From contig JAQGDQ010000219.1 of assembly GCA_030141605.1 (NCBI GenBank), positions 306,331 through 370,330 on the forward strand: a stretch of DNA of 64,000 nucleotides, read 5' to 3'. Positions 1-12,400 of the stretch are shown piece by piece (positions within the stretch are counted from its first letter, which is position 1; each line of letters starts with the position of its first letter). The translations under genes were made by a program, and so were the position numbers. Origin of the DNA: Tubiluchus corallicola (lineage: Eukaryota > Animalia > Priapulida). The notes beneath the pieces were generated by a model. That model ran no database searches, had not been told where the DNA came from, and worked only from the letters and a program-made list of their open reading frames with translations.

Positions 1-82
1 TGGAATGTAGCCTGGATTTGAACCAGATATATTCTATATCTACAAGGCAGGCGCCATAAATACCCAGACTACCGTGTTCCCC
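1..82 (-). mobile_element. tRNA-derived SINE head (truncated by window edge)
   Basis: The reverse complement reads GGGGAACACGGTAGTCTGGGTA...GGTTCAAATCCAGGC. It has an A-box-like element and a perfect Pol III B box (GGTTCAAATCC) at tRNA-like spacing, but no convincing cloverleaf. Confidence 0.45.
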
Positions 83-654
83 AGTGATTATGACAATTGA
101 AAGTTATATCTGACTAACCAGTTCAGCATTCCAGTGTTAGACCACTCACGCAAGATCTAATTAAAAGAAGACGGGATGAATTTTCATATACTACCCCATT
201 TTTAAATCCGATAAAACGTATACATTTTAACACAATTAATACTGCAAAAGCGTTTCTGGTAATTAAATAATAGATTAAAAACTTAATTAACGGTCGGCGA
301 GCTCAACTGTTGATGACATCACAAACTAACATAATTTTCAACATTTCTTTTCAATATTTTAAACAGTAGATCATTTTGACCAACAATTTAATCATTGGGT
401 GCGGTTTTGCTTTAAATTAATTTTAATTCTTTTCAGTCTAAAATTGTGGTCATGAACATTGTAATCTTGATTTTTAAGTTATAAAATTTTAATTGACAAA
501 TAATCATGCCTTGGTTTGATGTCATTTTCAGTATTTCAAAGCTGAACTGATAATTAACGGTAAGCAAAGTCAATATATTGATTTATCATAATTATTCAAT
601 TAAGTAATTGTGTCGTTTCAATTCATGAATTTTTCTTTTACACAACATTGTTAG

Positions 655-1345
655 AGCAACTTGAAGAAATTAGGAAGGTGACACTGGCAAAAATTCTGTG
701 TGACAATGGTGATAGTATTCGCGAAATACAACCTGACGTCTTTAGACCTCCAACTCCTGAACAGTTAGTATATGCTAAATACATATTGCGTTGCTTTAGC
801 TAATAGCTCGTGTTTATTATTTTTACACGCCACTAGTCTAGAATTCCGTTTTATTTCTCCGATTCGTTTTTGCAACGCATTTTGCATATTTGCCAAGCAG
901 GTTTAAAGATAATGATGGTGATTAAAGAAGCCTTCCAAGATAAAAATCGTTAGTACGTTAATTATTGCTATTCAAAACAAGAGACTAATCACGGGCAACA
1001 GAGTCCCAGTTTTGTGGAAACTTTTGTCACTTAGTTTTAAGCTATAGTTTTATAGTTTATATTTTCGTTTCTCCAGGCAGGGCTTCCAAACCGTAGGTTT
1101 ATACTCTACATGAAACCTTCAAATATATGAGGTTTTAACAATTATTTTCATAGTAATTGCTTACTAAGATATTAATTAACGACATTGTAATTTGATTTAT
1201 TGCGGCCGTATATTGTATTGTATGTGTGAATCTTCAGTAAAATGTTCTGTTCTTGGTTTTTTTTTGCAGAAACAACATTGTTTCATGCAGTTCGCTACCT
1301 CAAGTTAATATTCAGAATTTCTGGAGACGACTACGAGATTTTTAA
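655..1345 (+). CDS. 3' end of an animal heme peroxidase gene (upstream tandem paralog; last exons 655-763 and 1270-1345)
   Basis: AG/GT-bounded exons translate to QLEEIRKVTLAKILCDNGDSIREIQPDVFRPPTPEQ and NNIVSCSSLPQVNIQNFWRRLRDF*. They are colinear with exons 14925-15033 (same 109-nt length and phases) and 18129-18198 of the downstream peroxidase. AATAAA lies at 1440-1445. Confidence 0.9.
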
Positions 1346-2559
1346 TCGACATAATTTTATACGCTTCGGATGACACTTCGTTTTTAAAGTGTGCAAAGTT
1401 TATGTCCGTCTGCTGATACACGTAATCTCAATGGTGTACAATAAATTATTAAATGGCTTCTAACTTTCTGACTTTGTTCGTATGTAATTTAAATGGTAAC
1501 CTAAAGCTAGCTCACTTTTTATTTATGTCAAACGGGCAACTCATGCAGTAGACGCCTGCCTGACAACTACCCACTCACTTGTCACTAGCAACATGAGAGA
1601 TCATGTCACACTAAAGCACGTTTTTGAGAAATAAGTCCACTTCCAACACATGTTATATCCGTTGGACATAGTCGGATCGTGAGTCAATAACGTCCGTGTA
1701 TCCACAGTGTACCCAGGACATTAAAGCCAAATTTTGCAGAGGAGTTGTTTTGATACATTCTTGAACTGCTTTTTCTTTGAGGTCAAAATACAATAGAGCA
1801 CGACGTGTTTTACACAAACTTATAAAATACTTCTAAAATGCATGACCAAAAAAAAAAACAATCAAAATTTTGGTAGAAATGTTATCCGTAGACCACGGCG
1901 AGTGAAATAACAACTATTGCAAATAGGTTACAAGGTTAACGATCAAAAGTTAGAAAACAAGTTTACAGTCAAGGTTATACATATCATTAATTAGTGAAAT
2001 GCCAACAGTAAATCCTCGTCCGTCTGCATCCATGTGTCCGTAACTTGTCTCCAGTTATCGGAACTGATAGATAGACAAACTGAACCAGAAATTTATTTTT
2101 TACGTGGATACATTAAAATATGCATGAGAAAAAATTACAAATAAAAATTAACTTATGTACCAAGCAGTTCTTAGTTACCCTCCACATATATGTACGCGCG
2201 TACTGTAAATTTTGTCGAATGCGCTTATATGATGACTTTAAACTATCACATATATATAATGCTTAATATATTACATGACACGTACATCTCACAGTCTATT
2301 ATGCTATGCCCAACATTAGGATCATTTTTGCATGCCCATCTCTGTTGCAGACTGATTTCGTATACAGGCGCATAAGATATAAAATCCACAAACACTTTAC
2401 TGAGACAGATTATTGCTCATCTGCGAGCTCTATAAACGCTGTTTTGCCACACACATATTTCTATAAAACACTGGTCGCACACGATAAAAATGTTGCTCAA
2501 AAAACGATGAACTACTGGAGTTTTAACTAACACAAAATAACTTCAGAACATGGTAACAT

Positions 2560-2976
2560 CAGGGCCTATTTCAGCCTACGCGAGGCCCGGGGAAGTGGGG
2601 CGTGTGAGGCCCCATGGGGGGTAGATGTGAGGGGTCGAAGCGCCGGAGGGCGGGCACTGTCTCGATTGGCGCCCAGAAAATTTTTGAACTGCTAGAAAGC
2701 CAGAGAAGCATTTTCGAAGAAAAAATATGGAGTTATACAGTTGTTAAAGGAATTGAAAGAAAAACTGCTTTATTCTCAAGACCAGTCCTAATGCTTGTCA
2801 ATACTGGCAAACGGCGCGCGCGCGAGAGAGAGAGAACAGGAGAGAGGGAGAGAGAGAGAGAGGCAGTATGTTCGCATGAAGCAAAAAAATGTTACCTTGA
2901 CGCGAGGCCCCCCTGGAGGGTAAGGCCCCGTGGAAGTATCCCCACTCCCCCCCCCCCCGCCTTGAAATAGGCCCTG
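2560..2976. mobile_element. hAT-superfamily MITE, 417 bp, intact ends
   Basis: 14-bp TIRs CAGGGCCTATTTCA / TGAAATAGGCCCTG and a perfect 8-bp TSD GGTAACAT (2552-2559 and 2977-2984). GC-rich interior with (GA)n and repeated ACGCGAGGCCC. No transposase ORF. Confidence 0.92.
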
Positions 2977-3493
2977 GGTAACATGCTGTGTTTGGAACTT
3001 GTTTGATCAATTCCAATGACGCAATATTAGTTACAGTTACAATAGTGTAACTTTCGAAGCATTTAATCGTGGTATTTATTTTTAGTAGTCACGCGTGTCT
3101 AGGTCCTTCATTGTAACTTCTTGTTAGCCGGCGTGACGCCTCCAGGGTATTTCCGGTTTAGTGGAGGTAACGACTATGTCAATTCGTGCATAAGACAACA
3201 GACAATCGGAACTATTGTGTCAGTCTGCTGAAACTCGTGGGCACCAAAATATTTTCACTACAAAACTTGTACATTGGCAAACGTCATCGCAGATTTAAAA
3301 AATATTTGTTGACATTCTTATAAAAAAAGATAAGATAGGTGTTTGGTGAATTAGTTTGCAATCTGTGTTTCGTTAAAAGGTGCTGCTTATTGAGAAAGTA
3401 TTGAAACTGTTTTAACACTTAATATACAGAACACCAACTTATTACTGTGTATTCCTACAATTACTTTGCCGAAAATTATTTCATTCTTAAAAC

Positions 3494-6400
3494 ATGAAAA
3501 GGTATGTTAAAAATGAAATTATTTTGCTATTTTTAGTTGTAAAATGATGGTAAAGTTTTCTAGATAGACAGAAAACTTGCTTTAATTTCTAAATTTCAGA
3601 TCGTATTTGTTTAGAAGAATTTCTTGCAAAATTACATAAATAATAGAAGAGTATTATTGCCTTATTGGGTATTAATGAAAACAATAGCCGATTGTGAACC
3701 TTCTATTGGCCTACTCTTTCAATTATTTTACAATAATTAAGAGAAGTGTCCACCTTTACGTTTAACTGTAGCAAGAAGATTTTTTGATGGCTGAGCTGAT
3801 ATTTCTTTTATAAAAGTTGAATTTTATTAATATGATCAAATTTATTTTTTTGAAATCTTGTATTAAAGTTTCGCCAAAGCTTCGAAAACGCAATCTCTAA
3901 AACAATCTTGATAAAATCCCTATTGCATTTAGCTAAACTATGCTAAACTATTTCAGTACGGAACGAAATATTATTTGTTGACAAATTCAAAAACCATATT
4001 AAGTATACTTATGTCAAAATGTTGCTAACAGTGTCCATTATTAAACTAAATTTGAACTTCCAGACGTTATGGGTAACGTAATTACTATGCCATAATTAGT
4101 TTTTCCAAAATGGTTAACAAAAAGACATTAAAATAAGGCGTTTGATCGCATCTATTTAGCTGTGGTCTGGAATGTGTGCGTAGCAGATTACCGTTTTTTT
4201 AATTTTTTTTTCATCTTTTTCATTTAATAGTAGTTTAACGTTATAGGCAGTCTCTGCACGCTATGAAGTGCAGTATCACGCTGCTGAAAAACTCTGGATT
4301 TATGCCTATCATTATGGCTGCCACTCGATTTTATTTTGTCTCCGTTTTAAACGTTCAATTCGTTGATGTAATAGGTTTTATCAACTCTTTCAACATGTTA
4401 AACACCGTCTGCACTTTAAGACATTTAGAATGAAAACCAATGAGTTGCTACTCTGGTAGTTTTATTGTGTAGCGAATTTTATCTGAGTCGAACGAAGTGT
4501 TACACTAGGAACGAAAGTTCAAAAAATGAGCTTTTAATCAACTGTAGCTGTTATCAACATATCAACAAATTCCATTTTAATTAGCATAATTATAACCAGC
4601 CATCAAAGAAGATTTCATGACAACCGTCTGCTCAAACTGAATGCTTTATATATTGCAAAATCAAGTTGCTAAAGCTTTTCGCGTTGTAAACGTGATTTTT
4701 CGCTGTTTCATACGAAGAACAAAAGTGCCCTTATGGATGCTTACAAAGCTTATGTTTGGGCGCTACTGGAATATTGAACACCAGTTCGGTCACCCCATTA
4801 TGTGCAGGACATTGATGCTATAGAAATGGCTCATCAATACTTTACAAGTACAACCACTCGAAGTAGTCTGACGAATAATTTTTGATCTTAAGATGGTTTA
4901 TAAAATATGCAATAAATTAGTAGATTTGTCATTTGGTGATTTCTTTCGCTATGCTCCTACCCGAAATTTACATGGTCACAATGACAAATTGTTCAAACAT
5001 TATCCTAGATTAGGTATATACAAATATTCTGTGGCAAATAGAGTAGTCACCAACAGACTAGCAAACTGCAACCGTTTAAACTATTGCCATGTTAATCGGT
5101 TCACGTAAGCTATTTTTTCTTCACTGTAGTCTCTCTCTGTTTAAGTTTTTTAAGTTTTTTGTTTAATCATAAAATTTCTACCGCACCTAATTCGATTTAT
5201 AACTGTATAAAGTAGGTATACTATTATACATTGTACTTTATGGCAAGCATAATTGCTACATGCCTGCTGCCATTTTCTTTTATAAAAAAGTATTTTTATA
5301 AATGTCCTTAAATGTATAAAAATAAATAAATTAATTAATTAAATGATTATTATATGCTATAAATTCTTGTGACATTGCAACTAATATGTTAGCACGATGT
5401 TAATGAGATATCATCAGTCTGAATCAGAGCATTCGGCTTCAATACAGCCGGAATTATATTTCGATGAATACTCGTTTTTTTACTACTCGTTTTCGATCGT
5501 GACACGTCTTCAGTTTCCAGTGTCCGAGTTGGAAGGGATGGTGCTTCTGGGAATGTTAGAATTGGTTCGCAAGACACAAGCTACTTGAACTTTACCCTTT
5601 TCTGAATAACCATGTTGTACTTGGTCATTAAGCGCCATTTATCGTTTGTCATTAATATTCGCACAAATTTCGTAGAGTGTTAATTTTTGCAATCGCATCT
5701 AATTATTTACCTATGAAACATTCTCCGCTTAGAGGCAGAGTAGCCCAATACATCAACTTATATGCCGACATTTATGACCCGCGATTTCGAATACCCCAAG
5801 GCATCGAAAGTCAAAGTATCAACAAGAACATATCCAATAGAGCATATCTGTCTTTTTCAATGTCGCAGTTCATTGTTTTTGTAGAAGTTGAGAAAAGCGA
5901 GACATGACCTTGGCCCTTTCTATTCAATTCATATTTGACTTAATTTCACGAACCACTTTGGCATTTTCATGCAGAAACTGTGCTTAGCATAAAGCAGGAC
6001 AAGCTATGAGTTTTGATGTTAGCATATTTATACTGAGCAGAATTTTGAAATGACTGCAAATTAATGCATATTTGGTAATCACAGAAATATTAAAACTGTA
6101 GTTTACTAATATTGTTTGACCTTCTTCCTTACACATTCAATACAGATGTAAAACCTATTTTCCCATTCGAAATTTCCATTTATGCTTAAAGCACAGCGGT
6201 CATCTTGGATTTCGTGATCGAAATATGTCACAAGGAGCTGGCAGCCATCTTGGATTCGGCTTTCTAGTCAAAATTTACCAGGACTTTTAAATTGAGCTGA
6301 CTGAATTTTATTTTTTATTTACACTTTCGGGAGGGACTTGAGGGCTAGATATTTTATAAAAGGTCGCTAGAAATCAAGTCGATTATCAAAACATGTTAGC

Positions 6401-9400
6401 GAAACAGTAGTCACGGAATTGATTGACATTTTTGACCCAACTATTTAAATAAGAATTTTGAGAAAATCAATGACGTAACCAATTTGACAAATTAGAGTCG
6501 GGTTGCCGCGTGCGCTTGACTAAACAATTAACGCACTTTGTCTGGAGGCTGGGTATATTACATTTTCGCGCAAAATTTTCCAAATTAGACAATTCACGCA
6601 CAGTGACGTACTACAGGATTAGTTATTTCATTGCAGATTATTATTTATTCTGGTCATCTGTGGTTTTCTGATCAGGCCATTTCACGGACAAGCTCCAAAT
6701 CTTGGCCCCTCGCAGCTGGACCAGTTTTTCAACGCTGCACAACAAACAGTAAACGCTTTAGAACAAGAAAGCAAAGAGAACGCTGAAAAAGAAGTAGAAA
6801 GTAACGTTGATTCTTTCGCTTTTCCTGGATTAGGGGGTAAGTTTGACTTTTTGAACCCAGAAGACATCCGTGTGCCTAGATTGGTAATTGTTTAATCCGT
6901 TTTAATTTTACTGTGCGGATAAGTACAGACACAGGTATACACACACAGACACAGACATACAACTCGACATACATGACTAAACGTTCTACTCAAACGCCGT
7001 CTCCGATAAATAGACGAAAATTTTGCTATTTTTGGTTGCATGGTACATAGCACCATATTATACAGGATGCATAGTACGTAACGTAGGCATTTTACTATCA
7101 TACCCGGTTCAACTCTGCGCGTTCTCTTTTTAGGCAGGGGTTCCACAAATTTGGTTGTTGATGCTAGTCTTAGATCACAGAATGCTTTTTCGCAGCCTTC
7201 CGAGGAAGCCAGACGCCGACGCAGGTTGGCTGACGTGAACTTAGAAGCCGCTAAACTTATTGCTAATAGGTGAGTACATGTGCAGAGTACTCAGAAGGTG
7301 TGAGAACAAACAATAAAAGCAATTAACTTGTTTGAAACTTGAATCAATAGTATTATGCGATTTTACAAAAGCTGTTAACATCGGTTTGTGGTCATATAAT
7401 ACAGAATATATTACATAACTCCATAAAGCAAAATTAATGCAAATAAGTCGTTTGTTTTAGTTTAGGCATACCGCGAGACAGCTTATACGTAGTACTTCCT
7501 CAACTTGATGTCAGAGGATCAAGCATACTTGCCAACTGTCCTTTCAATAATCCACCATTTTGCCGTGAAGATAGGTACAGGACCATAGATGGAACATGCA
7601 ACAATGTCAACAATCCATACAATGGTGCTGCCTTGGCTCCACAAAAACGTCTTCGGGCGTCTGATTATGCTAACGGTAAATTTTCACTATTTATTATTTC
7701 AACAGAGGTACTAAATGTAAATGACACCTTGTTAAAATTCGCAATTTGTAAAACTAGCTGAACGACAAAAATCCACAGAATGTAACTTAATGTACACAAT
7801 CCCTAGGACCGATAACAGTTAACATTAAAGTTATATTCTTATTACATTTCGCACCAACAACATCAATACTGTACAGAGTGTAACGTACAGGGGATAAGAA
7901 AACTACGAGTAACAGTACAGAACAATTTATTATGTCAAAGTATTGTTGAACCAATAGAAAATCTGTCACACTCTCACAGCCTGCAATCTGTAATAAATCA
8001 TTCTGTACTATTGTTCTGAACTATTACTCGTTGGTTTTGTTCCCCTCTAACAAATTGTTAAGTTACGCCCTGTAGTTATTAGTCATTACTCTTTTAGGAG
8101 CTGACGAGCCAAGGGTGGCACAGGATGGAAACCCGCTTCCCAATGCTAGAAGAGTAAGCGTTGAAGTCCATAGAACGAATAGGGCGACTAATGAACGCAT
8201 AACAGGTCTCGTCTTTCAATGGGGACAGTTTTTGGACCATGATATAACGCTTACACCTATATCAACAGGTAGGAATGATCCAATGATTATTCCTTTGCAA
8301 GCAATAGTCACAGAACTTATTAATTTATTTGAAAAAGATAAATGGCCATTTTCACTATGGGAGTTGTAGTTCGATGGACAAAAAAATCAATAAGCAGTAT
8401 CGAATTATTGCACAGGATGATACAGGATGAACTCTAGGTTTAGGGAAATCAAAGACAATGAGTAGCAGCACAATGTTTTAGTAATACTTTGATGTAATAA
8501 ATTGCTCTGTGCTATTACTTGTCGTTTTTGTACACCCTCCAGCAAAGGATAACCGCTCTGGATATCACCCGGAAAGACAAATTCACCAAAGATGAGCTTA
8601 AAAATCGTAAAATCGTAAAAATCAGCAGATTACGGGGAGTGATATAGATTAAACAATGTAGTGTTAATGTTTCTAAAGTTTCCTCTCAGAACTCGTACAA
8701 TGCTTTCTCGTGTATTTTACACTTTACAACTTGCCTATTGCTTTTGAATCTCACAATATCATTTTATTTTTCAAATCTTCTGTACGTATTCACTGCTTTT
8801 TCTATGGTAGCTGGTTTGACGAAAAATAAAAAAGAAGCTGTGAGCAGTATAAAGATTTAAGGCGAATTCAAATGGCTAGACTTGTAAAATAATTGAGATA
8901 ATTGCCGTAAATTTGACTGTGGGACGGTTGAACCGGTTCCTTGCACTTGGTGGTGGGGAGTAATTTTGGCATTTGTGCAACGTCTGGCATATTTCAAGGA
9001 TTTCAAGTTGATTTTAATCTATGAATATGGATTCTATATTATTGCCTTGCAATTTATTCACTAGATTATTTCTTTTCTTTCTGCATTAATCAGTTCACAA
9101 TCGAAAAGAAGGTGCTCTGCAGTTTGACACGGATAATCACATTTACATGCATGTTTTCGGCACTTCTCAGTTTTAATGGAAAATTGTTTGAATTTCCCTT
9201 GATTTACTAAAAAGCGAAGGCAATTTGTTATGTCTTCGTGTTCTGAAACTGCTGTACCATTAACTCACTAAAAGTGACTCGATTTCTGATCTTTTATGTA
9301 ACAGTACATCACATGGGAGTTCTACAATGTCAGAGTTTCGCAGTATGACTTGCTTTCTTTTAGATATTCATCACTGCCCATTGGCGTTTCAGAAAAATGT

Positions 9401-12400
9401 TTGTAGGCTCCTTGTCTACTCTACCGGAATATAAGTACCATATTTTGACGCAGCATTATCATCTTCACAACCGCTTAGTCTATTTAACATGAATTTAATA
9501 ATCATCCCATTATGTTCTGTGTTTATGGTTTTAAGCCACCTATGTGTTCAAGTATTTTATTTTAAGTTTAAGTAATGTGCCTGTCGGCATTTTCGTTTCT
9601 TGATTAACATACGGCATGCTAGGCCATTTTAGGCCATTTTAGTAGTGAATACAGAATGTTAATAAGCTTTACAAAAGGTAGTGGGAGCGTGAGAGCGAGT
9701 GTATTCTGTACACTGACAATGAATAAATAGTTTGTTCTAAATGACCTATCTTGGCAGTTGGGTAGCAAAAGCTAAGTAAGCGACTAACCCAAACACTTCG
9801 CGTTCCTGACTGATTCGTTAACAACAACAGTGACTTACTATATTTCAGGCATTAGTTAACTATATCATGGATAGCTTTGCCACATTCAAACTATAATAGA
9901 GTATAATTTCATACTTAGCCAGACTATGTCTTTCAGGTCTATAATTCACAGTCTCCTATAATTTATCCTTTTTTGCCCTTATACAAATGTTATCTCAAAT
10001 TACGACTGTATTTTCAGTTATATCATTGGAAAGTCACTGTAGAATAGATTGTAAGACTTATTTTTAGCAACTACAATTGTAAAAAAGAATCAAGTAAACC
10101 TGTTTGCAAAACTTTTTTATCTGAATTGTCAAAATTGTTTATTTTTCATTTTTCAGATTTCTTGGCAAACCCTCTGAAATGTTGTGATCCTGATTCTAGT
10201 ACATTCAATGATCGTGAATGTAATCCCATTGTTTTCAGCAACGATCCTGAATATGGCGACTGTGACAACTGCATGAATTTTGTGCGATCTATTCAAAGTC
10301 CGCGTTTAGACTGCGCTCTTGGTATAAATCTTAAACTTGTATTTAACACCATACAGGCTTAGTATCTTGTAAATAAATATTGCTGTATTAATTAACAGGA
10401 CATTTTATGTATCAGAAACAGACTGGTAGTACATATTAGGGGTACCATTATTGTTGCTTTAGAGAATCATTTTAATGTCCAATGTTTGTGTTTTATTTAA
10501 TAGCTATAGCAAAGACTTCCTGCGAAATTTTCGAGCAAAGCAGGATCTGATTATTACAGCTATATAATTGCTAGGATCACATATCTTTTCTGATTTATGT
10601 ACATATTATATGCCCTAATGTTCAACTTCAGGCCTAGCTGTTTTTCACGCATGTATACGCTATTTTGTATTGTTTGGCTACTCAATTTATAGCAATTTCA
10701 TTTTCTGATACTGGTTTTTAGGAGTACGTGAACAATTAAATCAAATCACAGCATATATCGATGCGTCTAATGTGTACGGCTCAGAGGAAGATGATGCTGA
10801 CGACTTGCGAGAACATCGAGGAGGTATGTCTTATACGTCTGAGTTTTTTTGTAAATGTTGCGTTTTACCTTGCTGTTTGCAGATAATACTGTTTTCCTCA
10901 ATGTTATATATATATATATATATATATGTTACAGGGAAGGTGTGTAATCAGACATGAGAATTCTAGGCCTTTTATGGAGTGCTAAAGCAAAGCTGGAAGA
11001 AGTGTCTAAATGTTTTTTCTACACATTTCTGAAGCATTATATATATATATAGATAGATAGATAGATAGATAGAGTGTACTTTGTTGAGAATACTTTGCAT
11101 AGGTGTTATAAAAAAGATAAGATGCACTTTATTTAAGGTAAAAACCCATAGTATCAACACACACATACAATAAAAACTACTACATATGCGCAATAACTAC
11201 CACGTCACACGTACATAAAATACTACCATAATAAAATTATTTACAGATAAAAAAATTGGCAAAATACACGTACAGGATTAAAGATTTAAAATTAATGGAT
11301 GTTTTTTGTATGTAGCTGATTTATCTAATGTTAATTAATTTTAGATAAAAAGATACAATCACTGTCAAACATTTCATTTATCAAATTGTTATGACAATTA
11401 AAGTGGCGCGTCTTTAGACTAAATATTTTTCCGTAAAATAACGTCAAAGGGCAATGTGAGATTAAGACAAATGCTTCTGGCAGAGCAATCGAGGACTTGT
11501 TTAAAAAGTATGATGCGTTTTCCTTTATTTTAAGCGACTTTTATATGTTTAAAACTACAAAAAGTAAAGTTGTGCCATAAATAATGAGACATAAATAAAA
11601 TTCGTTTGACCTGAATGCTACAGTTTGCTCGATCTGATGTAAAAAAGAGACCGCTGTCTTTCGAAATCTTTATCATCTCTTCCCGGATGGTCAATTACAT
11701 GACCCAGATACCTTTCACAGCTGTCTACTTGAGTAATGTGTCACCTGTGCTCACATCACCATTAGTTAGACTACCCTGAGATGTATTTGAATAAAAACAC
11801 TCATTGTTAGAGAACATTTTTATTAGCTGGGTCTTAAAATAAATACCATCTATTAAACATTTGGTTTCAAGTAGAAAGACTCAGTTATTCTTTAATTTGC
11901 TTGCATCTTGAACGTATTCTTCAAGGTCGACTGCGCACGAGTGCTGCTCGGAGACCAGGTGGCAAACCATTGCTTCCAACTAATCCTGATGATTCTAGTT
12001 GCAATTTACCTGCAGGGACAGAGCATTGTTTTAAAGCAGGTACGTAGTTGTAATACCTAGTAGGAGAGAAAAGTTACCTTTAAATTTGCCACTTTAATAT
12101 ATTGGTTATGCAAAGTAGTAAATTAGCTGGCTTGTAATATGTGTCTCATAATACAAGTCTTATTTTATGTGCCGCATCCACGCCCAGTGAACGTTGTCGG
12201 CCACGTCCAATGAATATTTTCAATTAAGTAGCTTCTATAAGCAAAATAATAGAATAAATCTATAAGTGAAACACAGTTTAGTGCGTAAAAGATTGTTGTC
12301 CAATTTTGATGATTGATTTTGATATGGAAGTAAATGGTATTTATGGCAATTCGTATTCTGGTGAATATAAACAAATTCTTGGTGTCTTTTATTTCACTCA

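Noticed and set aside
1-82. Functional tRNA gene
   Set aside because: The B box is present, but acceptor and anticodon stems do not pair convincingly; treated as a SINE head.
2614-3016. 118-aa and 72-aa ORFs
   Set aside because: They lie within the non-coding hAT MITE and its (GA)n tract, and show no transposase motifs.
5389-5907. Short ORFs in peroxidase intron 1 as a nested gene
   Set aside because: No recognisable motifs or coherent exon chain.
6843-6883. Extension of peroxidase exon 2 to a downstream donor (TTG|gtaatt)
   Set aside because: That donor is phase 0, whereas the available acceptors at 7133 and 7137 need phase 1 or 2. The GTAAGT donor at 6837 fits.
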